In this document: one piece after another, positions 13,303-26,475 of the stretch
How the letters are laid out: each line of letters starts with the position of its first letter
Position numbering within the stretch: the stretch's first letter is position 1
Assembly (NCBI RefSeq): GCF_009914755.1
Contig: NC_060947.1
Strand: one strand, 5' to 3'
Length of the DNA stretch: 64,000 nt
Origin: the human T2T-CHM13v2.0 reference genome, Homo sapiens
Notes under the pieces: model-generated
The model's database searches: none
The model's input: only the letters and a program-made list of their open reading frames with translations
What the model was told of the DNA's origin: nothing
Made by a program: the position numbers and the translations under genes

Positions 13303-16178
13303 GGTGTAACAGAGCCAAATAGCGAAATAGAAGGCTCTACCAATTTCCCCCTACCCCCTGCGGGAATACCAAATTTAGCAACAATCTACAAAAAGAGTAC
13401 ATTCATTAGAACCAAAAATCACGACCTCACCAAAAATCAGGTGAGCAGTCACAGTACCTCACTTTAACCTCATATCACCGGAAGAGGCACTGAAGAGAAT
13501 AGGTAAGACAGTCATGATTCACCAACACCCTCCAACACACAAATCCGCCGGCAGCAGCCATGTGGCACAGAGAGAATTTGTGCTCTTCGGAGAGGGAGAG
13601 TGCCCCAATTGTGAGATTTTGCATTGAACTCAGCACTGCCCTGTCACAGCAGAAAGCAAAACTGGGCTGATCTCAGCTGACACTGGGCTGATCTCAGCTG
13701 ACACCCATTCATGGAAGGAGCATTTAGAGGAGCCCTAGCCAGGGGAGAATGGCCCGTCCCAGTGGTTGGGACTTGAGATTCAGCCAGCCTCACCACCATG
13801 GGCTAAAGTGTTCTGAGGTTCCAAACACACTTGAAAAACAGTCTAAGGCACAAGGGCTGCAAACCTAGCTGAGAGCTAGTGTTGAGTTGGGCTCAGAGCC
13901 AGTGTAACTGGGGGATATGCGACCTACTGAAACACCAGCCAGAGTGGCTAAGGGAGTGCTTGGACCACCCCTACCCCGACTTCAGGCAGCACAGGTAACA
14001 GCTCTAAAACAGACCTTTTAGTCCTCTTGGGGAGAGGAGGGGAAAGAGTAAGGAGAACTTTGCCTTACATATTAGACACCAGCTCATCCACAGTAGGATA
14101 GAGTACCAGTCAGAATCATGAGACACTATCTCCTGGATGAAATTTCTAGACACACCCTGGAGAAGAAGGGAACCTGTTGCCTTGATGGAAAGGACCAAGT
14201 CCTGGCAGGAACCATCACCTGTTGACGAAAGGGTGTTTATACCCTGAATAACCATTAACAATATCTAGGTAGTATGCGGTGGATCCTGGGGGAGACTCAG
14301 AGGCATGCTGGCTTCAGATGAAGCCCATCACATTCCTAGCTGTGGCAGCTGTGGTGAAGGACTCATTCTGCTTGAGAAAAGCAGAAGAAAAAGTAAAGGG
14401 GATTTTGTTTTGCACCTTAGGTGCCAGCCAGCCACAGGGGCTAGAGACCGAGGTGGGCTCTTGGGGTCCCTGATTCCAGGCCATGGCTCTTGGACAACAT
14501 TTTTGGACTTGCCATGGGGCACAGAGGAGCCCACTGCCCTCCTGGCATTATTCACCACAAGCTGACTGAAGAGGCCTTGGGCTTTAAGGGAACATTGGCA
14601 GTAGCCTTGGCAGTACTATCTGTGGCGATCTGGTGGTGGTGGCCATGAAGTGAGAATGCTCTGCCTATGGAAAGGAGAGGGAAGAGTGAGAAGGACTATG
14701 TCTTTTGGTTAGAGTGCCAGATTAGCCACAGTACAACAGGAAACCAGGTAGATTTCTAAGGTTTTTGATTTCAAGCCCTGGCTCCCGTATGGCATCTCTG
14801 TACCCACCTGAGCCTGAGTGAATTCACCACATAAAGGGAAAGATACAAGTCTGGCTGGCTTTGCCCACTGAAGATTGAAGAGCCCTAGGGTCTCGAGAGA
14901 CCAAGGGGGTAGGGGTGGTACTCAGGTAGTGATTACAACAGGCCTTTGGGGAGACCCAGTGCTGTTCTAAATTCAGGTCTGACCCAGTGCAGTCCCAGCA
15001 GTGGTAGCCACAGGGGTGCTTGTGTTACTCTACCCCCAGCTCATGGGGCTCAGATGACTCTCCTCCTGGTAATCCAGAGAATTCTCCCAGATCTTATCCA
15101 AGACCACCAAGGTGGTAGCTCTAAAAGTCTACAAGAATCGCAGAATTACCGGGCTTGTGGTGGCCCTTAATTCAGATATGGCTTAGATCACAAAACACAA
15201 GTCCTTTAAAATCCCTGGAAAGCCTTTCCAAGAAGGATGGGTACGAACAAGCCCACACTGTGGAGACTACAATAAATGCCTAATTTTTCAACGCCCAGAC
15301 ACTGACAAACATCCACAAACATCAAGACCATTCAGGAAAACCCTACCTCACCAAACAAACTAAATAAGATACCAGGGACCAACTCTGGAGAAATGAAAAT
15401 ACGTGACTTTTCAGACCAATAATTCAAAAGTAGCTGTTTTGAGGAAACTCAAAGAAATTTAAGATAATACAGAGAATTAATTCAGAATTCTATCAGAAAA
15501 ATTTAACAAAGGGATTGAAATAATTTTTAAAAATTAAGCAGAAATTCTGGAGTTGAACATGCAATTTACATACTGAAGAATACATCAGTCTTGCAATAGC
15601 AGAGTTGATCTAACAGAATGAAGAACTTTTAATCTTTAAGGCAGGGTATTTAAAAATACACAGTCAAAGGTGACAAAAAAAAAGAAAAGAAAAACAATAA
15701 AGCATGCCTACCAGATCTTGAAAATAGCCTCAAAAGGGTAAATCTAAGTTACTGGCATTTAAGAGGAAGTAGAGAAAGAGAAGGAAAAAAAATTATAAAA
15801 AGGATAATAACAGAGAACTTCTCAAACCGAGGGAAGGATATTAATGTGTAAATTAAAGAAGGTGATAGAACACCAAGCAGATTTAACCCAAAGGCATTTA
15901 ATAATCAAATTTCCAAAGATGAAGGATATAGAAAGGGCTCTAAAACCTGCAAGAAAGAAGAAACAATGATCATACAATGGAGCTCCAACATGTCTAGCAG
16001 CAGACTTTTCAGTGGAAACAATACAGGCCAGGAAAAAGTGGCATTACATATTTAAAGTGCTAAAGGCAGAAAAAAATTTACCAATTTACCCTAGAATAGC
16101 ATATCCACATTGAGCATTGGACAGATCTTCTAGACAAAAAGAAATCAGCAAAGAAACATTGGACTGAATCTGGACTAT
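13303..16178 (+). mobile_element. L1 5'UTR plus degenerate ORF1 (L1M1/L1MA-type), then a short ORF2 endonuclease piece
   Basis: About 2 kb of higher-GC 5'UTR, A-rich ORF1 remnant from about 15290 (gcagcagacttttcagtggaaac...ccctagaata), then a jump to cattggacagatcttctagac. Confidence 0.85.
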
Positions 16179-18568
16179 TTTATCCCATTTGTTCATTTTT
16201 GTGGCCTTCTAAGTCATAATCACTGAAGTTAAGACAGCCTAAATAGTTAAACTCTGATCTATGGGTCTTCTGTGTCCTTGAGAGGAGGCTGGTTGGAAAT
16301 AAAGACCCCATTCCAATTGCCCAACCTTCATTTCCTCTTCAGGAAATGAAGAGTTTCCATATTTACCATTTGAAAGCTACCATTTGGGGCCCAAGTTAGG
16401 AAGGATTTAATATTTGTTCCACCCCACTTAGCAGTCACCAGATACACATAGGATTTCTTCCTTTTACTACACGTTTTTTTCTTTTATTCAAATCAGCAGA
16501 CTAGACCGTAGAACTGCAATTGGCACTTTAACCTCACAAAGTAATAAAAGCAAGCCAACTATCATCCAAGAGTCCTGACACCTAGAAGAGAAATCATATA
16601 CTTCGAAAAGGAGAAAACAACTATGTGTTGAATTCAGTGGCTAAAAGAACCATGAACTTCCTCCTCTTTTTGTCAGCTTTCACTGAAAGTGATCAGCTTC
16701 AGTTTCACATTGTTTAAGATGGATTTTCATTGAGAACTTTTCTATGGTGTTTTGATTTAAATACATATAAGTGCTGTCATAATAACTATAATGAAGGTGG
16801 TGCAGGAGCACAGAGGAAATAAAATTCAAGTGGAAATAAGATGCAAGAGGTTATGTTTAGTGGTGCATTTTTTAAACAGAAGGTTTTATCTTTGAGGATG
16901 GTTAGATTTCAACAGTAGAAATGGAAAAGATTAGGAGATTGATGCTGAGAAGGCAGGATGGAAAGGAATTTTATAAATGGATGTGTGTGTGTGTGTGTGT
17001 GTTTATTTTCTCTCAGAGAATGGAGGGTTATAATTTTAGATTAGGTCATTTGCAAATCTCTTCTTTAAAAGTTTAGTTTTTCTTGTTTGCATGTGGAGAA
17101 GGGTTGGGTGAGAGAGAATCTCCACTCCTTAGCCTGGAGCAACATTTATGTATGCACAATTCTTATTATCTGGATCATCTGTCTTTTTTATTATTCTCTT
17201 TGTCTGACACTTGTGAATACATGATGCCTATATAATACAGATATAATGTTTCATAGGCATGATATAACAGAGAAACTTCTCTCTCATATACTATATTATG
17301 CAAATTTAAAGTCTATTATAATGACTATGTTCAGTATGACATGGTATTCATATATATACATTTTGGTATATTTATTACAGCAACCTTTTTAAAATTCCAT
17401 AGTGTTGCCACACATTATACGTACTTGAGAATGTGTATTTGAAGGAACAACTAGAACATTCTTGAACATTTGTTTCATTAATCTTCAAATATAAGGTTGA
17501 TTATTGGTTCATGTAAGTAATGCCCTTTGACTTGAATTCACATGTTAGCCAATAACAGAATCAGACCCTAGAGGGCAAGTAAGCCTTCACAAAACTCATG
17601 CTTTGTCCAGTAGAGACCACCTGAATAGTTTTTCTCAATGAATGAGAGAGTAGCTTACAGTTTATTTAGGAGCTTACATCTTTAGTTTTAATTTTAAAAT
17701 ATTTAATTTACAAATATAAATTATGTATATTGAAGGTATACAACATGATGATTGATTTGATATACCTATACATTTTTTACTGATAACTGTAGTCAAATTA
17801 ATATATCCATCACCACTCATAGTTACCATTTGTGGGTGTGTATGTGTGTGTCTCTGTGGTGAGAACACCTAAAATCTGTTTTCTTATCAGATTTCAAGTA
17901 AACAATACAGTATCGTTAACTATAGCCAACATGTTGTACATTAGATACTCAGAATTTATTCACCTTATAGCTGAAAGCTTATACCCTTTAAACTACATTT
18001 CCTCAATCCTTCTACCCCCACCACCCCCAGCCCCAGGCAACCATCATTTTATCCTCTGCTTTTATGAGTTCTCTTTTTTAGATTCTACGTATAAGAACAA
18101 TCATGCGGTATTCATCTTTCTGTGTCTGGGTTATTTCACTTAGTATAATATCCTCCAGATTCATCAATGTTATCACAGATGGCAGGATTTCCTTTTTATG
18201 GGTAAATTATATTCCACTTTGTATGTGTGTGCATATGTGCATGCATATCACTTTTTCTTCATCTAGTCATCTGTTGATGGACACTTATGTTTTTCCTATA
18301 ACTTGACTATTGAGAATAATGCTGTGAACATTGAACTGAAAGCTCTTTGAAATGCTGATTTCCTTTTCTCTGGATATATACCCAGAAGTGGGATTGGTGG
18401 ATCATACAGTAGTTTTATTTTAAATTTTTTGAGAAACAACCATGATTTCCATAACGATTGAACCAATTTACATTCTCCCAACAGTGTACAGGGTTCCTTT
18501 TTCTCCATACCCTTGCCAACACTTGTTATCTCTTGTTCCTTTTTTTTTTTCAATGATAGCCATTCTAA

Positions 18569-19190
18569 GTAAATTAGTACAACCTCTGTGGAAAACAGTA
18601 TGGAGATTTCTCAAAGAACTAAAAGTAGATCTACAATATGATTCATCAATTTTATTACTGGGTATCTACCCAAAGGAAAGACAAGTCATTATATCAAATT
18701 TTGATATATACATGCCCGTATGTACCTGCCTGTGTATGTTTATTGCAGCACAATGCACAATTGCAAAGATGTGGAACCAACCTAACTGCCACCGACTAAT
18801 GAGTGGATAAAGAAAATGTGATGTATATACACCATAAAATACTACTCAGCCATAAAAATAATGAAATAATGTATTTTGCAGCCACCTGGATGGAGCTCGA
18901 GGCCATTATTCTAAATGAAATAACTCAGGAATGGAAAATGAAATACAACATATTCTTAATTATAAGTGGAAGCTAAGCTATGGGTACACAAAGGCATACA
19001 GAGTAGTGTAATGGACTTTGAGGACTCAGAATTGGGGAGAAAGAAAGGGGGTAAGGGATAAAAAACTAAATTTGGGGTGCAATGTCCACTACTCAGGTGA
19101 TGGGTGCAATAAAATCTCAGATTTCAGCACTATACAATTCATCCATATAACCAGAAACCACTTGTACCCCAAAAGCTGTTGAAATAAATA
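18569..19190 (+). mobile_element. L1PB4-like 3' end
   Basis: 3'UTR ggcatacagagt...aaaccacttgtaccccaaaagctgttgaaataaa. Confidence 0.85.
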
Positions 19191-19420
19191 TATATATTTA
19201 TATTGAAATAAACATATATATTTATAGTGAAATAAATATATATTATATTGCAATAAGTATATATATTTATATTGCAGTAAATATATATATATTGCAATAA
19301 ATATATATATTTATATTGCAATAAATATATATATTTATATTGCAATATAAATATATATATTTACGTTGAAATAAATATATATTTATGTTGAAATAAATAT
19401 ATATAATGTATATATAATGC
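19178..19420. repeat. AT-rich minisatellite, unit about tattgmaataaatatatatattta
   Basis: Roughly ten imperfect 21-25 bp units. Confidence 0.9.
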
Positions 19421-21329
19421 AAATCAGTGAATACAATATGAAGTGTAAATTTTTATGAATTATTAATAGCACACCTCTGTAATACCCTAAGTTAAAAGCG
19501 TAGACTATTTCCAAGTACCCTCCTGCCTCTTAATTAATTACGATGCTTACGTTTACTCAATAATTAACCACTAGCCTGGATATTTTTTCTTCAAATGCTT
19601 CCTTTTACCTAACATATTTAATGACCTAGGTATGCATCTCTAAATGTTAGAGTATAGTTTTGTCTAATTTTAATATTACCTTAATTGAGTCAAATAGTAA
19701 TCGGTAACTTATGCTATTTCTGTATTGCTCAATGTTGTATTTTTAACTCTTCATTCCTGTAGCTGTGTAGTGGTAGTTTACTTTCCTACTGTATAATATC
19801 AGTTATATTAAAATACTTTTATTGATCCTAAAATATATTAGCCGTTCTAATAGGTGTGAGTTAATATCTCATTGCAGTTTCAATCTGTATTGCTCTGATG
19901 ATTAGCGATGTTGAGCGTATTTTCATATTCCTTTTGGTCATTGGTATGTCTTCTTTGGAAAAAAATGTCTGCTCAGGTCTTTGGCTTATTTTTATTTTTA
20001 TTCTTATTGCCATTGAGTTGTATGAATTCCATATATATTTTCAATATTAACCCCTTATCAAATATATGGCTTCCAATTATCTTCTTCCATTCCATAAATT
20101 GCCTTTTTATTTTATGGCTTGTTTTCTTTGCTGTGCAGAAGATTTTTAGTTTGATGCATGCCCCTGTGTTTATTTGTGCTTTTGCTGCCTGTACATTTGG
20201 TGTCATATCCAAAAAAAATTATTGACAAAATCAATGTCATGGAGCATTCCCTCTATATTTTCTTTAATTTATTTCAAGTCAATTTTTATAAATGGTTGAA
20301 GCCAAGGATCTAATTTCTTTTTTTTTGTATGTGGATATCACATTTTTCCAACATCATTTATTGAAGAGACTGTTTCCCATTGTGTATTTTTGGCACTCTT
20401 TTTGAACATTCATTTACCATATATGTGTGGGCTCTCTATTTTGTTCCATTGGCTTATGTATCTGTTTTAATGCCTGTATCATACTATTTCAATTACTATA
20501 ACTTTGTAATATAGTTTGAAATCAAGAAATGTAGTTTCTATGGCTTTGTTCTTGTTTCTCGAGATTGCTTTAGCTATTTGGGATCCTTTGTGTTTTCATT
20601 CAAATTTTTGGATATTTTTCTATTTCTGTGAGAAACATTATTGGAATTTCAATAGAGATTAGATGAAATCTATAGATTGCTTTGGGTAATGTGGAAATGT
20701 TAGCAATATTAATTCTTCTAATCCATGGCCAAGAGATATCTTTCCCTTTATTTGTGTCTTCTTTCTTTCATCAGTGCCTTATAGTTTTTAGTGTATAGAT
20801 ATTTTACCTCCTTTGTTTAAATTTATTCCTAAACATTTTATTCTTTGTGATGCCATAATAAATGGAATTATTATTAATTTTGTTTTTTGGATACCTTCAG
20901 GTTCATGGCCTTTAAGCATGCTAGAGGCACTTTCACTTCTGCTGTTCTACCCTATGCAAGACAAAACACGACACTTTCGGGGTATCTAGTGTTGGTCATC
21001 AGGTTAGTAAGCATGACTGTGTCCTAGTGTTGAAATTATTTTTCTTTCACACTAAAAGAAAAGTGACTTGAATGAGGCACTTACAATTTTTGGCCTTCAT
21101 TTCATATGAAAGGCAATTGAGAATGTTAGAGTTAGTTTTTATATGAGTCCTATGTATGTCAATATATATTTAATTCATTGTTTAACAAGTGACTAAATAA
21201 ATTAATTACATTGTGAGGTGCATCCATAATTGATCATTCAATGATACTTTTGATTAATTTTTTTCTCATATTTAAGGCCAAATTGAAGTACAGAGGAGAG
21301 AAAGTGAAGTAGTTTTAAGCCATAAAATC

Positions 21330-21490
21330 TATTTTTAGGCAACCTCAGTTCAAATATCAGTCCTACCACTTTCTAGTTATGTGGCTTTGCACAAGGCACA
21401 CATCCTCTTGGTTCAGTGTCTTCATCTGTCCATGTTGTTAATAAGATCACTTACTTCATAGGGTTTTTCTGAGGAGTATATGAAGGTGGA
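21330..21490 (+). mobile_element. MIR fragment
   Basis: cagttcaaatatcagtcctaccactttctagttatgtggctttgcacaag...ttcatctgt. Confidence 0.7.
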
Positions 21491-22544
21491 GAATATAAAC
21501 ATAAATATATACACATATATGATGTCATATGTTATCTATGATTAATTTCGGATGCAGAAGTTGAAATTAAAGGGCACAGCTGTAGTCATAATTCTGATGT
21601 TTACTACCAGAAAAGCCTTAGGCGTGTTCCTTGCCCTCTCTGGATCTGTGTTTCTTCAGCCATAAGATAGGAGGTTTGAAGCCAATAGTCTCTAATATTG
21701 TTTCCCAGATTGGTTATATTGTTCATTAGACATAAAATTTGCCATTATTTTTCATTATTTTATAATACTTCATGATCTGGGCCATGAAAAAATGCCAAAA
21801 CTTTATTTCACACTGATTTTTTATTTTTACTAAAAGGTTTAATCATAGGAAAATGTTATTTTATGGAACATCACATCTGCTCTGTGGTTTAACATTGAAA
21901 AAAAAAGCCTGTGTCTACTGAGATATGAGTTAACAAAAAACACTAAGTCTGATGGTCCTAGTCGTCACTGAACATTGCAGTAGAAACATAAAGTATGGCC
22001 TTCCATCATCGTTCTATGATGGCTTTTTTTGAAGGCTCACCTTACATTTCATGAACATATTTCAACTTACTACACTCATTTCAGGCATTTTCTAAACCAT
22101 CAAAGGAAATGAGCTGCTTTTTTTTTTAACTTTTTATGAGCTTATGTTGTTTTCTGAGTTCCATCTTCAATCTATGTGTGATATCTACAGTCCTAATGAA
22201 AGTAAAGGAATTAGTTGAGCAGAAACCATGAAGTTTCTAAAAATGTCTCTTCTAGTCTTATTGTCTTGAGGGTCTTTGTTTATTGTGATTTTAAAGGTTC
22301 CTTGATTCTCACGTTATATATCAAGAAAAGCAGTAGAAGAAAGTGACATGTGAAAAGTTTACATTAATGTAAGAAATAACTTTGCAACCAAGAGAGTTAT
22401 TTACCAGTTTATTGTGTTCTGTTATGAAGTAAGATTTTTGAGTACACAAGTAATAAGACAGAACTAAAAATTATTCTTTTAGGAGGATACATTGGCATTA
22501 TGCAACCGAAATCATGCTCATTTTGGCTACAAAACCAGTAATTA

Positions 22545-22750
22545 TAGCATAAGCTTTGGCACATGATGGACCTGAATTTAAAGTCTAGCTCCACAAATAA
22601 CTGGCTATATGGCTCCAGATAAGGTTAAATAACCTAACTTGGAGTATCAACAACTTGATCCATAATATGGGAATTACAACTAATATATATCTTATAAAGT
22701 CTTTGTGACAATTACCAAAGTATTTATAATTATTACATGGTATTTAGAAA
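22545..22750 (+). mobile_element. MIR fragment
   Basis: gacctgaatttaaagtctagctccacaaataactggctat MIR-like core. Confidence 0.6.
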
Positions 22751-23604
22751 TCTGAAATAGTTCTTTTTGCTTTTTGATTTTGGTATTTAAAGAAGATTTA
22801 CAAAAACCGATGTTACATTATACATCTTTTTTTGACAAATAAACATAAACTATACAGGCCTCTGTATCCCTCAAATCATTGGCCTTTGAGAAAAGTGGCA
22901 GAGGGCTCTAGATGATATCTTACAGTCAACAATTCACCCTTAAACGTGTATAGCTGAGGCTGGGTTATGAAAAACTGAGATAAATCATTGTAGTTTGTCT
23001 TAAAACTCATCACTGTTTCTGTGAAAATAACAACTAGTAATTGGCAGTTTTGTGGAGGCTACTATACAGTTAGGCTTTTAAAAGTCTGAATTAATATCCT
23101 CAATTATTTTCATGGCAATATTTCTTACAATTTAAACCACAAACTCAACAATCATTGAATGAAATTTATAAAGCTATGAAAAAAGAAAGGCATTAAAAGC
23201 ATTTACATTTGTGGAAGAAAAAGATCACAACATTTTATAAGGTGTTTAACTGTATTTACTAAAACAATGGAGAAAAATTTTATTTTTAATGGAATAACAG
23301 TCCATTGCTACATACAAATATATTTTAGAGAACACTGAAATCAAGGCTTTGTAGATTGGTGAAATCAGCTATGATTATGAGGAGGGTAATGATAAAGGTG
23401 ATGTTTATAATGATAATGGTGGTGTTTGAAAGAATAACGATGTGCTTTTCTATTATCTTCATTCAGTGTGCCTTGTATCACTCATCTTTATGACAGGGTT
23501 ATATGTGTTTATTGCCCTTAGACTTTTCAAATGTAAAATAACCTGACAGATGTCATAAAGATATTTCCCAAATGAGAAATCCGAGGTGACACTTCACTAA
23601 TAGA

Positions 23605-23840
23605 TGTAGTTTAGAATATTATTCAGAGTCAGACAGAACTAAGTTATAACACTGGTTCTGCAACCAATGGTTTTGGCAAGTACCCTTGGTCAACTTATTT
23701 AATCTTTCTGAACTACAGTTTCCTCATCTGCAAAATGATGATAAACCTAATCTACTTAGTGTTGTTGTAAGAAATAAATGAAACTGCACACATAAAGTAA
23801 TTAGCATAATTTCTGACATATTGTGATCACTTAGCAAACT
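23605..23840 (+). mobile_element. MIR (MIRb-like)
   Basis: gagtcagacaga...ttatttaatctttctgaactacagtttcctcatctgcaaaatg. Confidence 0.85.
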
Positions 23841-23889
23841 TTTTTAAAAATTTTTGTCATATTCTGTATTTTCTTTTCTATATTTGGAA

Positions 23890-24122
23890 GTAGTATAATG
23901 TTAAAAAAGGCTCTGGAGCCACAATGTATAAGATCATATCTCACCTTCACAATTAACAGCACATACTACTCTTGTGATATTGGGAAACTTAAACTTTTTG
24001 TGCTTTAGATTATTCCACTATAAAATGGGGAAGTATGTAAAAGATTTTGCGAGAAGAAAATATGATAATACATGTAAGGTACTTGAAATAGCTCTTGGAG
24101 CATAACAAGTTCTCATTAAATT
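23890..24122 (+). mobile_element. MIR
   Basis: ggctctggagcca...tgtgatattgggaaactt...ctataaaatgggg...taaggtacttgaaatag. Confidence 0.7.
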
Positions 24123-24176
24123 ATGATTTAATTAATCCTAACTTCATTTTCCACTTGTCAATATATAAAATGCATA

Positions 24177-24501
<325 letters not shown>

Positions 24502-24664
24502 ATAAAATGCATAGCTTTTTAATGTGAAACTATATCCCCATTAATAGTGAATGTGATATTGAGTGGTGTGTTGCATTGAAGGCAATAATTGTGTTATCTA
24601 AGAATTAATTATCATTCTTGAAAGCATTCTTAAAAATCACCTATACATTTCTTCAAAATAAGAA

Positions 24665-26475
24665 TTACAATCCAACACCTATTTATCATAAAATTTTATT
24701 AAACGTGAAATAGTGGGACATTTCCTCAACTTAATAAAGAATATCTACCAAAAGATACAGCCAACATTATACTTAATGGTGAGAAACCAGAAGTTTCCCT
24801 ACTAAGACTGAAAAAAAGGCAAGAATGTCTCCTTCACCACTTCTTTTTAACATTATGCTGTAAGTCCTAACTAATGAAAATAGAAAGGAATAGGAAATAA
24901 AAGGTGTACTGATTAGGAAGGAATAAGAAATAAAGCTATCTTAGCAGATGACATGCTTGTCTATGCAGAAAATGTAAAATAATTGGCAAGAAAACTCCTG
25001 AAATTAATAAGAAATAGCAATGATGTTTCAGGACACAAGGATAATGTGCAAGAGTCATTTACTTTCCTAATGTATCAGAAATGAACAAGTGGAACTTGAA
25101 ATGAAAAACAATACCATTTACATTAATACCACCCAAATGAAGTACATAAGTATAAATCTTATAAAATATGTACAAGATTTACTTGAGGAAAATTACAATA
25201 CCTTGTTGAAATTTAAAGAAATAACTAAACAAATGGAGAGATATCCCATGTTCATGGATAAAAAGATTCAATATTGTTAAGATGTCAGCTCTTCACAAGT
25301 GGATCTATAGATTCAATATAATCCCAATGAAAATATCAGCAGGTTGTCTTCTGTGCAGCAGCAAACTGATTCTAAAATGTATATAAGATAAAAATCCCAT
25401 TGATATATACACCTACTATGCACCCACAGAAACTAAAAAATTAAAACAAAAATAAAATAAAATCCAGAATCCAATCAAGGATCATAAGAAATAAAAGAAA
25501 TAAAATTTATATAAAGAGAGAAATACCTCAGGTAGTCATTGCAATATGTAAGGTTAAGAAATAAGTTGGAAGACTGATTCTGCTTGACTCTAAGCATTGA
25601 GATGCCATTACACACCTATGAGAATGGCAAAAACACAAGACACTGATCACAACAAACGCAGGTGATGATGTGGAGCAGCAGAAACTCTCATTCTTTACTA
25701 GTGGGAATGCAAAGTGGTACAACCACTTTGGAAGACATTTTGGCAATATCTTGCAATACTAAATATACTTTTATAAAATCCAGGAATTGTGCTCTTTAGT
25801 ATTCTACCCAAATGAATAAAAAACATGTTTTTAATAAAAACCTGTGCACAGGTATTTGTAGCAGCATTATCCACTATTGTCGAAACTTGGAAACAACAAA
25901 GATGTCTTTCAGTAGATGAATGAATAAATAAACTGTGAAATATCCATACAATTGGACATTATCCAGAGCCAAAAAGAAAATATCAAGCTGTAAAAAGAGA
26001 TGAAAGAAAGTTAAATGCACATTACTAAGTGAAAGAAGTCAATCTGAATAGGATGTGTATTACATGATTCCAATAATATGACATTCTGGAATAGGCAAAA
26101 AAATGGAGACAGTAAAAATATTAGTAGTTGCTAGGGTTTAGGGGGAAGGGAGGAATGAGTAAATAATGCATAGAGGATTTTAAAGGTGACAAAGTACTCT
26201 GTGTGATACTATAATGGTGGATACATATCATTATACATGTGACGAAACCAATAGAATGTACAAAACCAAGGGTGAACCCTAATTAGTATATTGACTTTAA
26301 GTGGTAGTGATGTGTTAATTTAGGCTCATAAATTGTAACACATTTACCTCGCTGGTGTGGGATATTAATAAAGGGGAAGTTTATTCATATATGAGGTTAG
26401 AAGTTATATGGGAAATCTCTGTACCTTCTCTCAATTTTGCTATCAACCTGAAACTGCTCAAAAAGTATAAAATAA
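24665..26475 (+). mobile_element. L1MC (about L1MC1/2) ORF2 remnant and 3'UTR
   Basis: RT-region remnant (gcagatgacatg, ADD motif) and L1MC-type 3'UTR; short L1MA tail inserted at about 25395-25460. Confidence 0.8.

Larger units (their letters stand above)
17680..20895 (-). mobile_element. L1MA8/9-like 3' portion, split by the insertion at 18569-19838
   Basis: Antisense L1MA 3'UTR and ORF2 remnants (ORFs 18296-18553, 19973-20212); colinear across the insertion. Confidence 0.85.

Noticed and set aside
18442-18810. 122-aa ORF, and possible twin-priming L1 inversion
   Set aside because: It spans the junction of two different L1 subfamilies in opposite orientation, and the host resumes after a TSD at 19839, so this is a nested insertion.
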